A stretch of 64,000 nucleotides of DNA from Azolla caroliniana (taxonomy: Eukaryota; Plantae; Polypodiophyta). The notes under the pieces are model-generated. The model did no database searches. It was not told where the DNA came from and saw only the letters and a program-made list of their open reading frames with translations. The stretch's first letter is position 1, and each line of letters opens with the position of its first letter. The translations under genes were made by a program, and so were the position numbers. Positions 26,395 to 36,927 of this stretch are shown in pieces. The stretch covers positions 20,894,001-20,958,000 of the forward strand of contig JBHGNT010000012.1 in NCBI GenBank assembly GCA_043228905.1, written 5' to 3'.

Positions 26395-27436
26395 TATTGG
26401 AGGTCTCTGATACTACAATAGTCTGTTGTTTGGAAGAGGATATGGTCTAGTCTACGATATCTTCTCTAGTAGTTTGGGTATTGTGGAAGGCTAGATGTAA
26501 ATATGTGTTTCAGAAAATTAAACAGAATGTAGTTGAGTTAGCGGGACCACCGGGGTCCTGGACCGGAAGGATTCGATGTTTTTAGTAGCATAAGTGAGAA
26601 AGTATTGAAGATAGATAGATGGATGAAAAGAGAAAGAGAGAGAGAGATTGAACCCTTGACTTTAGTTTTACGAGACAAGATACATCACCATTAGGATAAC
26701 TCCAATCTTTGATTAAAAGTTTGTTTTTTTTTGCTTATATCACTCGCCTCCTTACACAAGCCCCATTATAGGCTTTTATAGGTCTCTCCATGCAAAAAAC
26801 CATGGGCTAAACCCACGGGCTAAAACCATGGGTTGAAACCACGGGCTAAAACCATGGTTTTGTGCCCACAGTTTTTATATGTTTGTTTCCTACAAAATAT
26901 TGAATATCAAAAAAGAAAATATTGAGCAGTAGTGGTTCGGTATATTAATTTGTCTCCTATCTTGGAGGTGCAAGGTTCAAGCCTTGCTTCCACCCCTATG
27001 TATGCACTTAGATGTTACTAGGCTTTAGTCTTATTTTTATATTTACAATTGAGCGCACATCACACGTGCACATGTTCAACTTTACATCTCGCTTTTCTTT
27101 TATGATTCTCATTTCAATCCTATTTATGACATGCTAGCATATGCATGTGGCCTTCACCCCTTTCACACGGTGCACATTGCACCTTCTCGATTTCGTTCGT
27201 TGCACACAATTTTCATATTGTTGCCGAAAATCTTCACAACAACGCTCTTACACACTTTAAGAGGTCATATATGATGCAATTGCTGGTGAGCTTGAGGTTG
27301 TGATTCATAAACAACAACAGTTTCACGAAATTTGGAAAAACGTTGAGGTCTTCATCTCTTTTGGAGAAAGAATAATGTGGAGATATGCTCCACCAAGATG
27401 GTTTGGAACAACCCTACATGAGGGCTTTTGATAATT
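26395..27436 (+). mobile_element. 5'-truncated LINE with a 16-bp TSD, interrupted by a truncated solo LTR
   Basis: ISSLVVWVLWKARCKYVF...LLHTLRG..YDAI..WRYAPPRW is the LINE ORF2 end. TSD tgaactcac(t/c)gaaatg at 26379-26394 and 27437-27452. An empty paralogous site lies at ~23836-23851. Confidence 0.8.
26541..27241 (-). mobile_element. Truncated solo LTR related to the solo LTR at 52815-53610
   Basis: The reverse complement starts TGTTGTGAAGATTT and ends ..gtccaggaccccggtggtcc, like tgtcgtgaagattt / gtccaagacccccatggttcc of the other LTR. It contains aaaccatgggct tandem repeats. Confidence 0.6.
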
Positions 27437-29259
27437 TGAACTCACCGAAATGCTTTTCACTACGACTACTATGAATAAGTCTTATATGTTTCTTAGAATA
27501 CATAACGACTCTGTCAATGTCATATTGTACACATATTTGGACATTATGTTGATTGAGATTAACGTTCGGGTTAGGTCAGATATGTGTTGTACTTGGTGTA
27601 GGATGATCAAGTCCGTACTCTTGCAATTCCAATTCCAATGATCTTGCACTCTTGCACTCTTGCACAAGTCTACCAAGTACGACCAAGCTGGTATATATAG
27701 ACGCACTCTTGACGAGGCACACCACAAGATTGCACAATTGTTTCGGAGGAACATAATGAAATTGATTGATTGGTTGTCCAATACCAAGGGCTATTTGGAA
27801 AGTTATGTCCACAAAACAGGCTTCTCTAAGTGGAGCCTTGAAATCCCTTTTTAACATGAGTCTTTAGTCTTGTTTAGTCGAGAACGCCTTTCTTCATTTT
27901 AGGATGGCCTCCCAGATGCATAATTGGTGTATGTAGAATGACTTATTTTTTATGCTTAGTATGAGGTTTTGAGCACATTCGCCAATTAAAAGGCATATTA
28001 GTACAATAATTCTTCATGTTGGAGACTTTAGGGAAGTTGACACGAGGAATTTGGGCCATGTATTTAGAGACAAGGGGATCTAACGGGAATCTTGATTGAG
28101 GTTGTAGTGAGTTTGATAGTATATTATTGATGGTAATATTATATTCCATCGATTATATTTCAACTTCCATAACTCATGCATTTACTATTTAGTATTAGGG
28201 TTAAAAAATGGAGCCATGTATTACAATAATCGAATGACGAAGCATGGATAGAAAGTACATTCAAATCATCAAGGAATTCCCAAAATATTGGGAGGGATGA
28301 GGACTGTAATTCTACCAACATCCCACAAGCTTTAGACCGAGTAAGAGGATAGACGAAAGAAGTTGGGGAGAGATTTTGTGTCACGTTTGGTGGTTGGCTA
28401 CTACCTTTGCTTTGACCAATTGTCTTACCTTTCCTACGGATGCTCCGCTCCGCTCCCATCACTTCGATCCTACGAAATGATTGATTCAGAAACACATGTC
28501 TACTTCATTGATTTGTTAGTGAGCTGAGCTAGGGGAGATTCTATCCAAGTGGATGAATAGATCGGCTTCTAAACAACGTTTGGTGGTGGCATGTTGAAAC
28601 TATGTCAAGTAGTCTGAGATTGGTTTACGAAACAACATTGATGCAACTTAATTTGCATTCCCACTAAAAGTAAATAAAATCCCCAAACCCCAAATTCAAA
28701 GGTATTGAGGGATTTCATTATTATTGCATGAAAATGGTTAAGAATATTCTATACAAAACAAATCATGTTCTTTGAACGTGCCAACAAAGGAATAACAACA
28801 TATTGGAAAGGAGATAGGAAGCCCAAATGGGTTGTAGTTCATTAGGTTGGGTTCTCCAACGGAGACCCAAAGGTCATACGTTCTACTCTTACATTCTACA
28901 ATGGCCTCGAAGGCCTCATGTTGGTAGTTTAATAATATATATAACTAATTTAATAACTAGTTAACATTCACATGTGCCAAGTGTTTGTTGCATACATATA
29001 TTATATTTGGTGTTTGTTCCACAACACCAAACATTGTTGTCACCCATTATTGAAGAAGAACCCTTCCTTCCTTCCTTAATTCAATGACTTCCAACATATT
29101 ATCCTACATATTATCCTCAATTACATATATAGCATATTTTATGTACATACATACATATATATGTATCTCTCGTATGTTATGTACGACCTCTCCTCCTCCT
29201 CCTCCTCCTTCTTCTTCTTCATCGTATCTCTCATGCGGATTTGGCGAGCACATACGAAC

Positions 29260-29392
29260 AATTCTTACGCTATACGCTATACACTATACACTATACACTA
29301 TATGTATGTATTTGCAAATACGCTATACGCTATACACTATACACTATGTATATGTATGTATTTGCAAAATACACGCTATACGCTATACACTC
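29260..29392. repeat. TATAC(A/G)C heptamer array upstream of the MAPKKK start
   Basis: Repeated tatacgc/tatacac units in three blocks. Confidence 0.7.
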
Positions 29393-29542
29393 TCTTCTCT
29401 GTGTGTGTGTGCAATAAAACGCAAATAACTCCACGTTCTTCTATTCTTGTATCGCGCGCAGAAGCATTTTGGAGTCTCTGAAGAAGCATTTTGCAGCTCC
29501 ATCTCCATCTCTCTGCGTCTCTGCAGCTCTCCTCCTTTCGCC

Positions 29543-32500
29543 ATGGTAACCTCTCTCTCTCTCTCTCTCTCTCTCTCAGTCTTCTTCTTCTTCTTCTTCT
29601 TCTTAATCCTTCTTTCTTCTTCCTTCTTAATCGTTCTTCTTACTTCTTAATCGTTCTTCTTCTTCTTCTTAATCGTTCTTCTTCTTTCTTCTTAATCGTT
29701 CTTCTTCTTCTTCTTCTTCTTCTTAATCCTTCTTCTTCATTCTTCTTTCTTCTTAATCCTTCTTCTTCTTCTTCTTCTTCTTAATCCTTCTTCTTCATTC
29801 TTCATTCTTCTTAATCCTTCTTCTTCATTCTTCTTAATCCTTCTTCTTCTTCTTCTTAATTCTTCTTCTTCTTCTTTCTTCTTAATCCTTCTCCTTCTTC
29901 TTCCTTCTTAATCCTTCTCCTTCTTCTTCCTTCTTAATCCTTCTCCTTCTCCTTCTCCTTAATCCTTCTTCTCCTTCTGCCTCTCCTTCCTTCTCCTTCT
30001 ACTTCTCCTTCCCCTTCCGCTTCCCCCGCTTCTTCTTCTTCTTCTTCTTCTTCTCCTTCCTCTTCCTCTTCCCCCCCCTCCCTCTTCTTCTTCTTCTTCC
30101 TCTTCCTCTTCTTCTTCGTTTCTTCCTCTTCCTCTTCGTTTCTTCCTCTTCCTCTTCGTTTCTTCCTCTCCCTCTCCCTCTCCCTCCTCCTCCTCCTCCT
30201 CTTCTCCTCTTTACTTACATTTCTTTGTGATAATGTATGTACTCTTCCTCTTCCTCTTCGTTTCTTCTCCTCTTTACTTACATTTCTTTGTGATAATGTA
30301 TGTATGTTTGGTAATAGTAATTGATGGAAGCGTTACTTCTTCCTCTTCATCAAAATTTCTTCTCCTCTTTACTTACATTTCTTTGTGATAATGTATGTAT
30401 GTTTGGTAATAGTAATTGATGGAAGCGTTACTTCTTCCTCTTCATCAAAATTTCTTCTCCTCTTTACTTACATTTCTTTGTGATAATGTATGTATGTTTG
30501 GTAATAGTAATTGATGGAAGCGTTACTTCTTCCTCTTCATCAAAATTTCTTCTCCTCTTTACTTACATTTCTTTGTGATAATGTATGTATGTTTGGTAAT
30601 AGTAATTGATGGAAGCGTTACTTCTTCCTCTTCATCAAAATTTCTTCTCCTCTTTACTTACATTTCTTTGTGATAATGTATGTATGTTTGGTAATAGTAA
30701 TTGATGGAAGCGTTACTTCTTCCTCTTCATCAAAATTTCTTCTCCTCTTTACTTACATTTCTTTGTGATAATGTATGTATGTTTGGTAATAGTAATTGAT
30801 GGAAGCGTTACTTCTTCCTCTTCATCAAAATTTCTTCTCCTCTTTACTTACATTTCTTTGTGATAATGTATGTATGTTTGGTAATAGTAATTGATGGAAG
30901 CGTTACTTCTTCCTCTTCATCAAAATTTCTTCTCCTCTTTACTTACATTTCTTTGTGATAATATATGTACTCTTCCTCTTCGTTTCTTCTCCTCTTTACT
31001 TACATTTATTTGTGATAATGTATGTATGTTTGGTAATAGTGTATGTATGTTTGGTAATAGTAATTGATGGAAGCGTTACCTCTTCCTCTTCCTCTTCTTC
31101 TTCATCATCAAAATTTCTTCTCCTATTTACTTACATTTCTTTGTGATAATGTATGTATTTTTGGTAATAGTAATTGATGGTAATAGCCAGATACAAGATA
31201 TGAATAGACATATATATACAAGATACCAAAAGGTATTTGGGATACGGTTATTTCTGGATTCATGTGAGTTAGTGTTCACATTCATGTGAATTAGTGTTCA
31301 CATTCTCCCTATTTTTTTTAGAATTATAAGCTATGGCTGTTTCTATTTGAAGTTACATTAATAAGTCCAATAGCTTTGCAGCAAAACTCAAGTTGTTTGG
31401 GTTTAGGTACTGTTTTTGTGTGTTTGTTAATTGATGACGAGGATTGGTTGATCTTCTTTGTTTCTTCTATCCTACTCCTTTTTATTATTATTTATTTTGG
31501 GATGTTTAGAATTGTAAAAACGACATCCTTTCTTGCCAAAATGGTCATCACAGTCATATACATATGTATATATTATTGATATACATGTAGCAATCATTGA
31601 TAGAGTAGTCATTTTTGCTTTTTTGTATTTATATACACACATGTACATTGGATGTATCAGGGCATCTATGTTTACATCGATCATTTTTTCCCTCAACTTG
31701 ACTTAATCAATTGTTGTTTTCTTTTGTCTCTTTCCTCAGGCCCTTCACCTCCTCACCAATGATGACAGCGCAACAACACTTACCATTATTGCTGAGAAGA
31801 AGAAGAAGAAGAAGAAGACCTCTTCTGTCTCATGTTCCATCTCCCGATGGACTCATCAGTCTACTCTCGGGTCAGGGTCGTGTGGCTCTGTCTCTCTTGC
31901 CATCGATCTAGATGACGGGCTCATGTTTGCGGTGAAGTCTACCTCTGCAGAAACCATGTATTCCTATCGCAAGTCACCGGAGCTAACAGCCATGGAATCG
32001 GAGATCTCCATCCTCCGAAGCTTGAACTGCGCTCAGGTCATCTCGTATCTAGGAGATGACACTTCGTACGACAGGAGTGGCCATGCTTCCCGCAACCTCT
32101 TCTTGGAATACATGGAGGGAGGAAGTGTTTCTGACCTACTAAAGAGATGTGGCGGACGCCTCCAGGAGGAGCAGGTACGGAAGGTTCGCCTCGCCGTGTT
32201 CATAAGAAACAGTTAATAACTATACTAATATTATTTATTTATTTTTCGCTTATTATCACAGGTACGGAGGTTCGCCAGGGATGTTGTGGAGGGTTTGACC
32301 TACCTCCATGTTCAAGGGATCATCCACTGTGACATTAAAGGACAAAATCTTTTGATCAGTTCTTCCTCGGTGAAGATTGCAGACTTTGGTTTAGCCAGAA
32401 AGCTGTCGGATGATGTGGGCATTGATTCCACGCTGCCCAGCAAAATAGATGCACGTGGAACCTCCAGGTCTTCATCTGATTTCAAAGGGACACCGTTTTG

Positions 32501-32954
32501 GATGGCTCCGGAGGCATTGCAAGGTGTGGAACAAAGCTTCCCCTCGGATATCTGGTCTCTTGGTTGCACCGTGGTGGAGATGTGCCAGGGATGCCCACCT
32601 TGGGTGAACTTGCCGCTGTCTTTCGTCTCTGTCATATCGAAGATTGCCTGCTCCGATGAGAATCCTCCCCTACCTGAAGATCTCTCTGAAGAAGGCAAAG
32701 ATTTCTTGGACAAGTGTTTCCAGAGGGATCCTCGTAAGAGATGGACCGCGTCTCAGCTTCTCCACCATCCATTCCTTAAGGTGCCCCCCGCCGCTAATGA
32801 TGCTCCTGGCCTCTGCCTATATACTTCTCCTCCTAGTCCCAGGAGCACTCTAGATTCGGGAGTGCTGAGTGGTTCGCTGTCCAAGGACAGTGAAGACGAC
32901 GAAGATGGTTTTGTTACGGCGATGTCTTCGTTCTACATGCCAAGCTGCCAGTAG
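29543..32954 (+). CDS. MEKK-type MAP kinase kinase kinase (MAPKKK17/18-like)
   Basis: Model: ATG-only exon 29543-29545 (gccATG|GTAAC, tentative), exon 31740-32174 and exon 32262-32954. Motifs LGSGSCGSV, FAVKS, NLFLEYMEGGS, IIHCDIKGQN, KIADFG, GTPFWMAPE, SDIWSLGCTVVEM and RWTASQLLHHPF. Confidence 0.88.
29550..30260. repeat. (CT)n/(CTT)n pyrimidine-rich low-complexity tract
   Basis: About 700 bp of almost pure C/T with recurring ttaatcc/ttaatcg. Confidence 0.95.
30261..31180. repeat. 95-bp minisatellite, 7 apparently identical copies plus degenerate copies
   Basis: Unit starts at 30261, 30356, 30451, 30546, 30641, 30736, 30831 and 30926 (tttcttctcctctttacttacatttctttgtgataatg..catcaaaa). Confidence 0.95.
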
Positions 32955-34998
32955 ACCGAGCTTCTAAGGTATAGCTTTGTTTTCTTCTTTTGCTGTAAAG
33001 TAAGTTCTTCATGCTTTGCTCACATACATTGGATGCTTTTCTCATATAAAATAAGGAAGTATGTTTTTGTATTTGGTTTGAGAATGATCATGGTGTATTT
33101 ATCTATCTTGCAGGTCTACGGAGGAGTATATGCATCGTGATCATTCATCCATCCATCATTGTGAAATCAATATAAAACATGAATCTTCAGATAGCCCAAT
33201 GATGAGACGATGCATGCCATCACACTCACTCTATCTCTTTCTCTTGTGCATGCTCAATCCTGATGATGAAGAAGTAGAACATCTTTTTCTTCTTCTTCTT
33301 CTTCTGCACATGAAGTTGGGAGTGAGTACATAATAAAAAGATGGCCATCAATCATCCCCACACCCATGTGTATGATGAGAAAAGCAGGTAATAATTCCCT
33401 GCACCTCATATGTAAAATGAAAAGAAACGCGGGTTAAAGAGTCATCTCAACTCTGCCTGCCATACACAAATTTAATAATAAAAGCACATGGTCGATTCTG
33501 TGGGAAATATCTGTCTGTCTGTTCACTTCAATTATGTCTTGTTGTCTTTTTGTTATTATCACAATATTATAATTATTCCGAAGAGTAGGTGGAGTGTATC
33601 GCTTTCCCTCTCAACGGAAACCAAAAAAGGTGTGAAAAATGAAACAAATACAAAATGTAAACGAAATATAGTATATAGTATGGACATATCAAAGTCTAAA
33701 AGCCAATGTAACTCATTGTTTGGCTTTTAGAATTTGATAACGTTAGTTGACTGACCCATCCCATCCATGAACACACTTTCAACCTTAAAATGGTAATTTA
33801 CCCTTCTTAATTGAAGGGGATTCTTCGTTCCTATTATGCACATATATATAATTGTTTTCGAGAAACGTTTAGGATGAAACAATAGATGAAAACAATGCAT
33901 TACCTTCCTAGTTAGAGTTAGAGAAGAGCTATGCACCCATACTGACTATCCTTTACCAATTGAATCCACGAGAATCCATAATGCTAAACAAACAAACACA
34001 TGAGTGATGGCTACATCTCCTTTTATTCTCTATACCCAAATGATGACATATCTCACTGGCAATGAATGGTGCACTTTCTCATCGCTCATATAAGCATAAG
34101 ACTTTGAAATTGTTTCTCCATATGTACATGGTGGGTTTTCTTCCTTGATCTGAGCCCCTAATCCTGTTTAAGCGTGCCCCTAATCACCCATGACTAGTTC
34201 AGATTGAGCATGGCAAATAGGCGTGCTGTAGCTTCCCTAAATTTCTCGTAAATTATGTCAGATTGGTATGGAGCAGAGGATTATATATACAGCCTAACCC
34301 TGATCTATCTTATTTCGATTCCTAACCCTAATATGGATCATATCCCTAATGCTAATACTAATGCTACTCAGAATCCTGATCATCTCTTTGCATCAAAGAA
34401 ACCACAATTCCACCATTTCATAGCGATCCTCAAGAAAAATATGTTATCTTTGTTGGATCTTTTCATTGACCAAGCCAATGATCATCAAGGGTTTGAACCC
34501 GACCACAGAGATCGTCAATGCTGTTCACTATTGCATACACCTCAGTTTCTTCGATCCTTTGGATTGTATTAGACTTAATCTTGGCTGCTAGTGACAATTT
34601 ATCCTTTAATTTTGATATAAAGGATCCAATGAGCCAGTAAAGAAATCCGAAAGCTGGAAGGTTCATGGCCATCAAAACACTATGAGACCCAGCCAAGAGT
34701 CAGAAGGTTGTAGCTCTACAATCAACTTGATGCCCCCCAACTGCATATTTTTTGCTTAGTATTCAGCCCTTATACTGAACTTCATTGTAATTGAGTTCAT
34801 ACAAGATGCCAAACCATAGGATGATTTGAACTTCATAATTCAGGACATCCTTGTTTATTATAGACGATTAGGACGAGTTTAGGGGTGCATGGTTTGGTGA
34901 ATCTCATTTCTTGTTGTTGTGATTTTATACTGATGTGCTGTCCTCATAAATCTTAGTCATCACACACACTTTGTCTTTATATTCTTAAGACTCAACCT

Positions 34999-36927
34999 TT
35001 ATGTTGCATTGTCCATAGCACCCACATCCACAAAGATATTCGACATGTAAATATATGATGCAGAATCCTCATCATCTAGTTGCCTGGCATGGGCAAAAGT
35101 ATGTCTTCCTAACTCCACATTCCCCCACTTCTGGCAATTAGCCAACACAATATGCCACAGAACACACTTTGGTTGGATTGGCATCTTCTTAACAATCTCT
35201 ATGGCCTCGTTGATACGTCCAGCACGACTCAAAAGATCAATAATACAAGTGTAATGCTCTAGAGCGGGGACGTAACCAGAATCCTCATTAATAGCCCCAA
35301 AGTACATTATACCCTTCTCAACTAAACCTCCATGATTACATGCATTAAGCACACTCAACAATGTGACTAGATCTGGCTTGATTCCACCTTCTACCATTCT
35401 ATCAAAGGTACTGCATACAATCTCATTCTCACCAAGTTGGGTGTATAAGGCGATTAATGAACTCCATGCCATCACATTTGGGCTCAAAACCTTATCGAAC
35501 ACAAGTTGTGATTCTTCGAACAATCCGCAATTTGCATACATGTCAACTAAAGAGCTTCCAACACAGAGGTCACTTTCCCATCCTTGTATAATCACTTTTG
35601 AATGTATTTCATGTCCATGATAAAAGGCTCCGATGCCCCCACATGCCTTCAAGATGCAAACAAGTGTAGTGATGTCTATCAAGAGACTACACTCTCTTTG
35701 CATTTGTGTGAAACAGTGGAGTGCTTTCTCACCATACCCATGCTCTACATAGCCAGAAATCAATACTGTCCATAACACAATATCTTTATGCACAAGTTTG
35801 TTGAAAACGTTTTCAGCTTCTGCAAGAGAGCCACATTTAACATACATATCGACCAATGTGCTTGCTACAATGCATGAATCCCTCAATAGAAACCCCTTTT
35901 TCATCATGTCTAAATGTACTTTTCGGCCCTTTTCAATGTCTTGTATACTCCCACATGCTTTTAAACAACAAATGTACATGACTTGATCTGGTGCGAAACC
36001 CGAGTATTCCATTTTATCAAACAGATAGAGCGCCTTTTTACCCTCGCCACATTCGGTATATCCCGAAATGATAGTTGTCCATGATACCAATGTCCGAAGA
36101 GGAAGAGTGTCAAATACTTGCTGTGCATGGCAAAGACATCCAAGCTTAATATACATATTGATCAAGCTATTCCCTACAAGAGGTTGAATTTCCAATGCTT
36201 TTTTCACAATCTTAGAATGTAATTCTTCTCCTTTCACTAAGGACCCTTGCTTACCACAGGCTTTCAATGTATATATGAATGTGACGACATCTGGGGATAT
36301 ACCTTGGAACTGCATTTGATAAAAACAAGATAGAACTTTCTCATTATCACCACTTCCAACATACCCACTAATCAATGAATTCCAAGCGACCACATTTCTC
36401 ACTTCAAGTGAATCAAATACCTCTTCTGCTTTGTGAAGAGATCCACATTTAGCATACATACCAACCAAAGCACTACCCATGAATGGATCCCTATAATACA
36501 CAGAACCCATCTTCCTCACCATATCTTCATGAATTTTGCAACCCATTTCTATCTCTTGTGTTTGTGCACAAACCTTCAATAATGCCACAAAGGTGTTTGA
36601 GCTAGGCTGGAAAGATGAGTTAAACTGCTGATGCATCTGTTGGTATAGTACCAGAGCTTCTTCTCCATCCTTATGCTTAGCATAACCACATATGAGAGAA
36701 TTCCAAGAGGAATCATCGTGATGAAGAAGCTTATCAAACATCTGGCGTGCATAGCACATTGCATTTCCAATACTCACAAATGTAGAGAGAAGTGGGTTTA
36801 CAATGAAATCATAGCTTTCAAGGCCATGGCTACACACATATATCTGGAATCTCAAGGCTTCAACTAGACTCCTCTCCTTACTACATCTGTATAGAATGGA
36901 AATGAAGTCTTCAATGGGGGGTATCAT
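34999..36927 (-). CDS. PLS-class pentatricopeptide repeat protein with E domain and no DYW (organellar RNA-editing factor type)
   Basis: Single long ORF (track 34999-36978; first ATG at 36927) with repeated ALVGMYAKCGSL..A..VFD / VVAWNSLISGY / PD.VTF..LKAC motifs and the E-domain HYTCIIDLLSRAG..MPIQP..W..L..C..WGNVELG..YIYMSNI. Confidence 0.92.
   Translation of the reverse strand: MIPPIEDFISILYRCSKERSLVEALRFQIYVCSHGLESYDFIVNPLLSTFVSIGNAMCYARQMFDKLLHHDDSSWNSLICGYAKHKDGEEALVLYQQMHQQFNSSFQPSSNTFVALLKVCAQTQEIEMGCKIHEDMVRKMGSVYYRDPFMGSALVGMYAKCGSLHKAEEVFDSLEVRNVVAWNSLISGYVGSGDNEKVLSCFYQMQFQGISPDVVTFIYTLKACGKQGSLVKGEELHSKIVKKALEIQPLVGNSLINMYIKLGCLCHAQQVFDTLPLRTLVSWTTIISGYTECGEGKKALYLFDKMEYSGFAPDQVMYICCLKACGSIQDIEKGRKVHLDMMKKGFLLRDSCIVASTLVDMYVKCGSLAEAENVFNKLVHKDIVLWTVLISGYVEHGYGEKALHCFTQMQRECSLLIDITTLVCILKACGGIGAFYHGHEIHSKVIIQGWESDLCVGSSLVDMYANCGLFEESQLVFDKVLSPNVMAWSSLIALYTQLGENEIVCSTFDRMVEGGIKPDLVTLLSVLNACNHGGLVEKGIMYFGAINEDSGYVPALEHYTCIIDLLSRAGRINEAIEIVKKMPIQPKCVLWHIVLANCQKWGNVELGRHTFAHARQLDDEDSASYIYMSNIFVDVGAMDNAT

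Larger units (their letters stand above)
23320..28610. repeat. Further copies of the unclassified repeat seen at 17608-19331, carrying nested insertions
   Basis: Alignments are listed under the 17608-19331 feature. In addition, 23575-23850 resembles 26140-26394, and 23840-24340 resembles 27437-27940. Confidence 0.7.

Noticed and set aside
29084-29784. ORFs of 67-114 aa upstream of MAPKKK
   Set aside because: They are translations of microsatellite and low-complexity DNA.
34255-34696. Overlapping 105-aa and 77-aa ORFs between MAPKKK and the PPR gene
   Set aside because: I recognise no homology and cannot support a call without a search.
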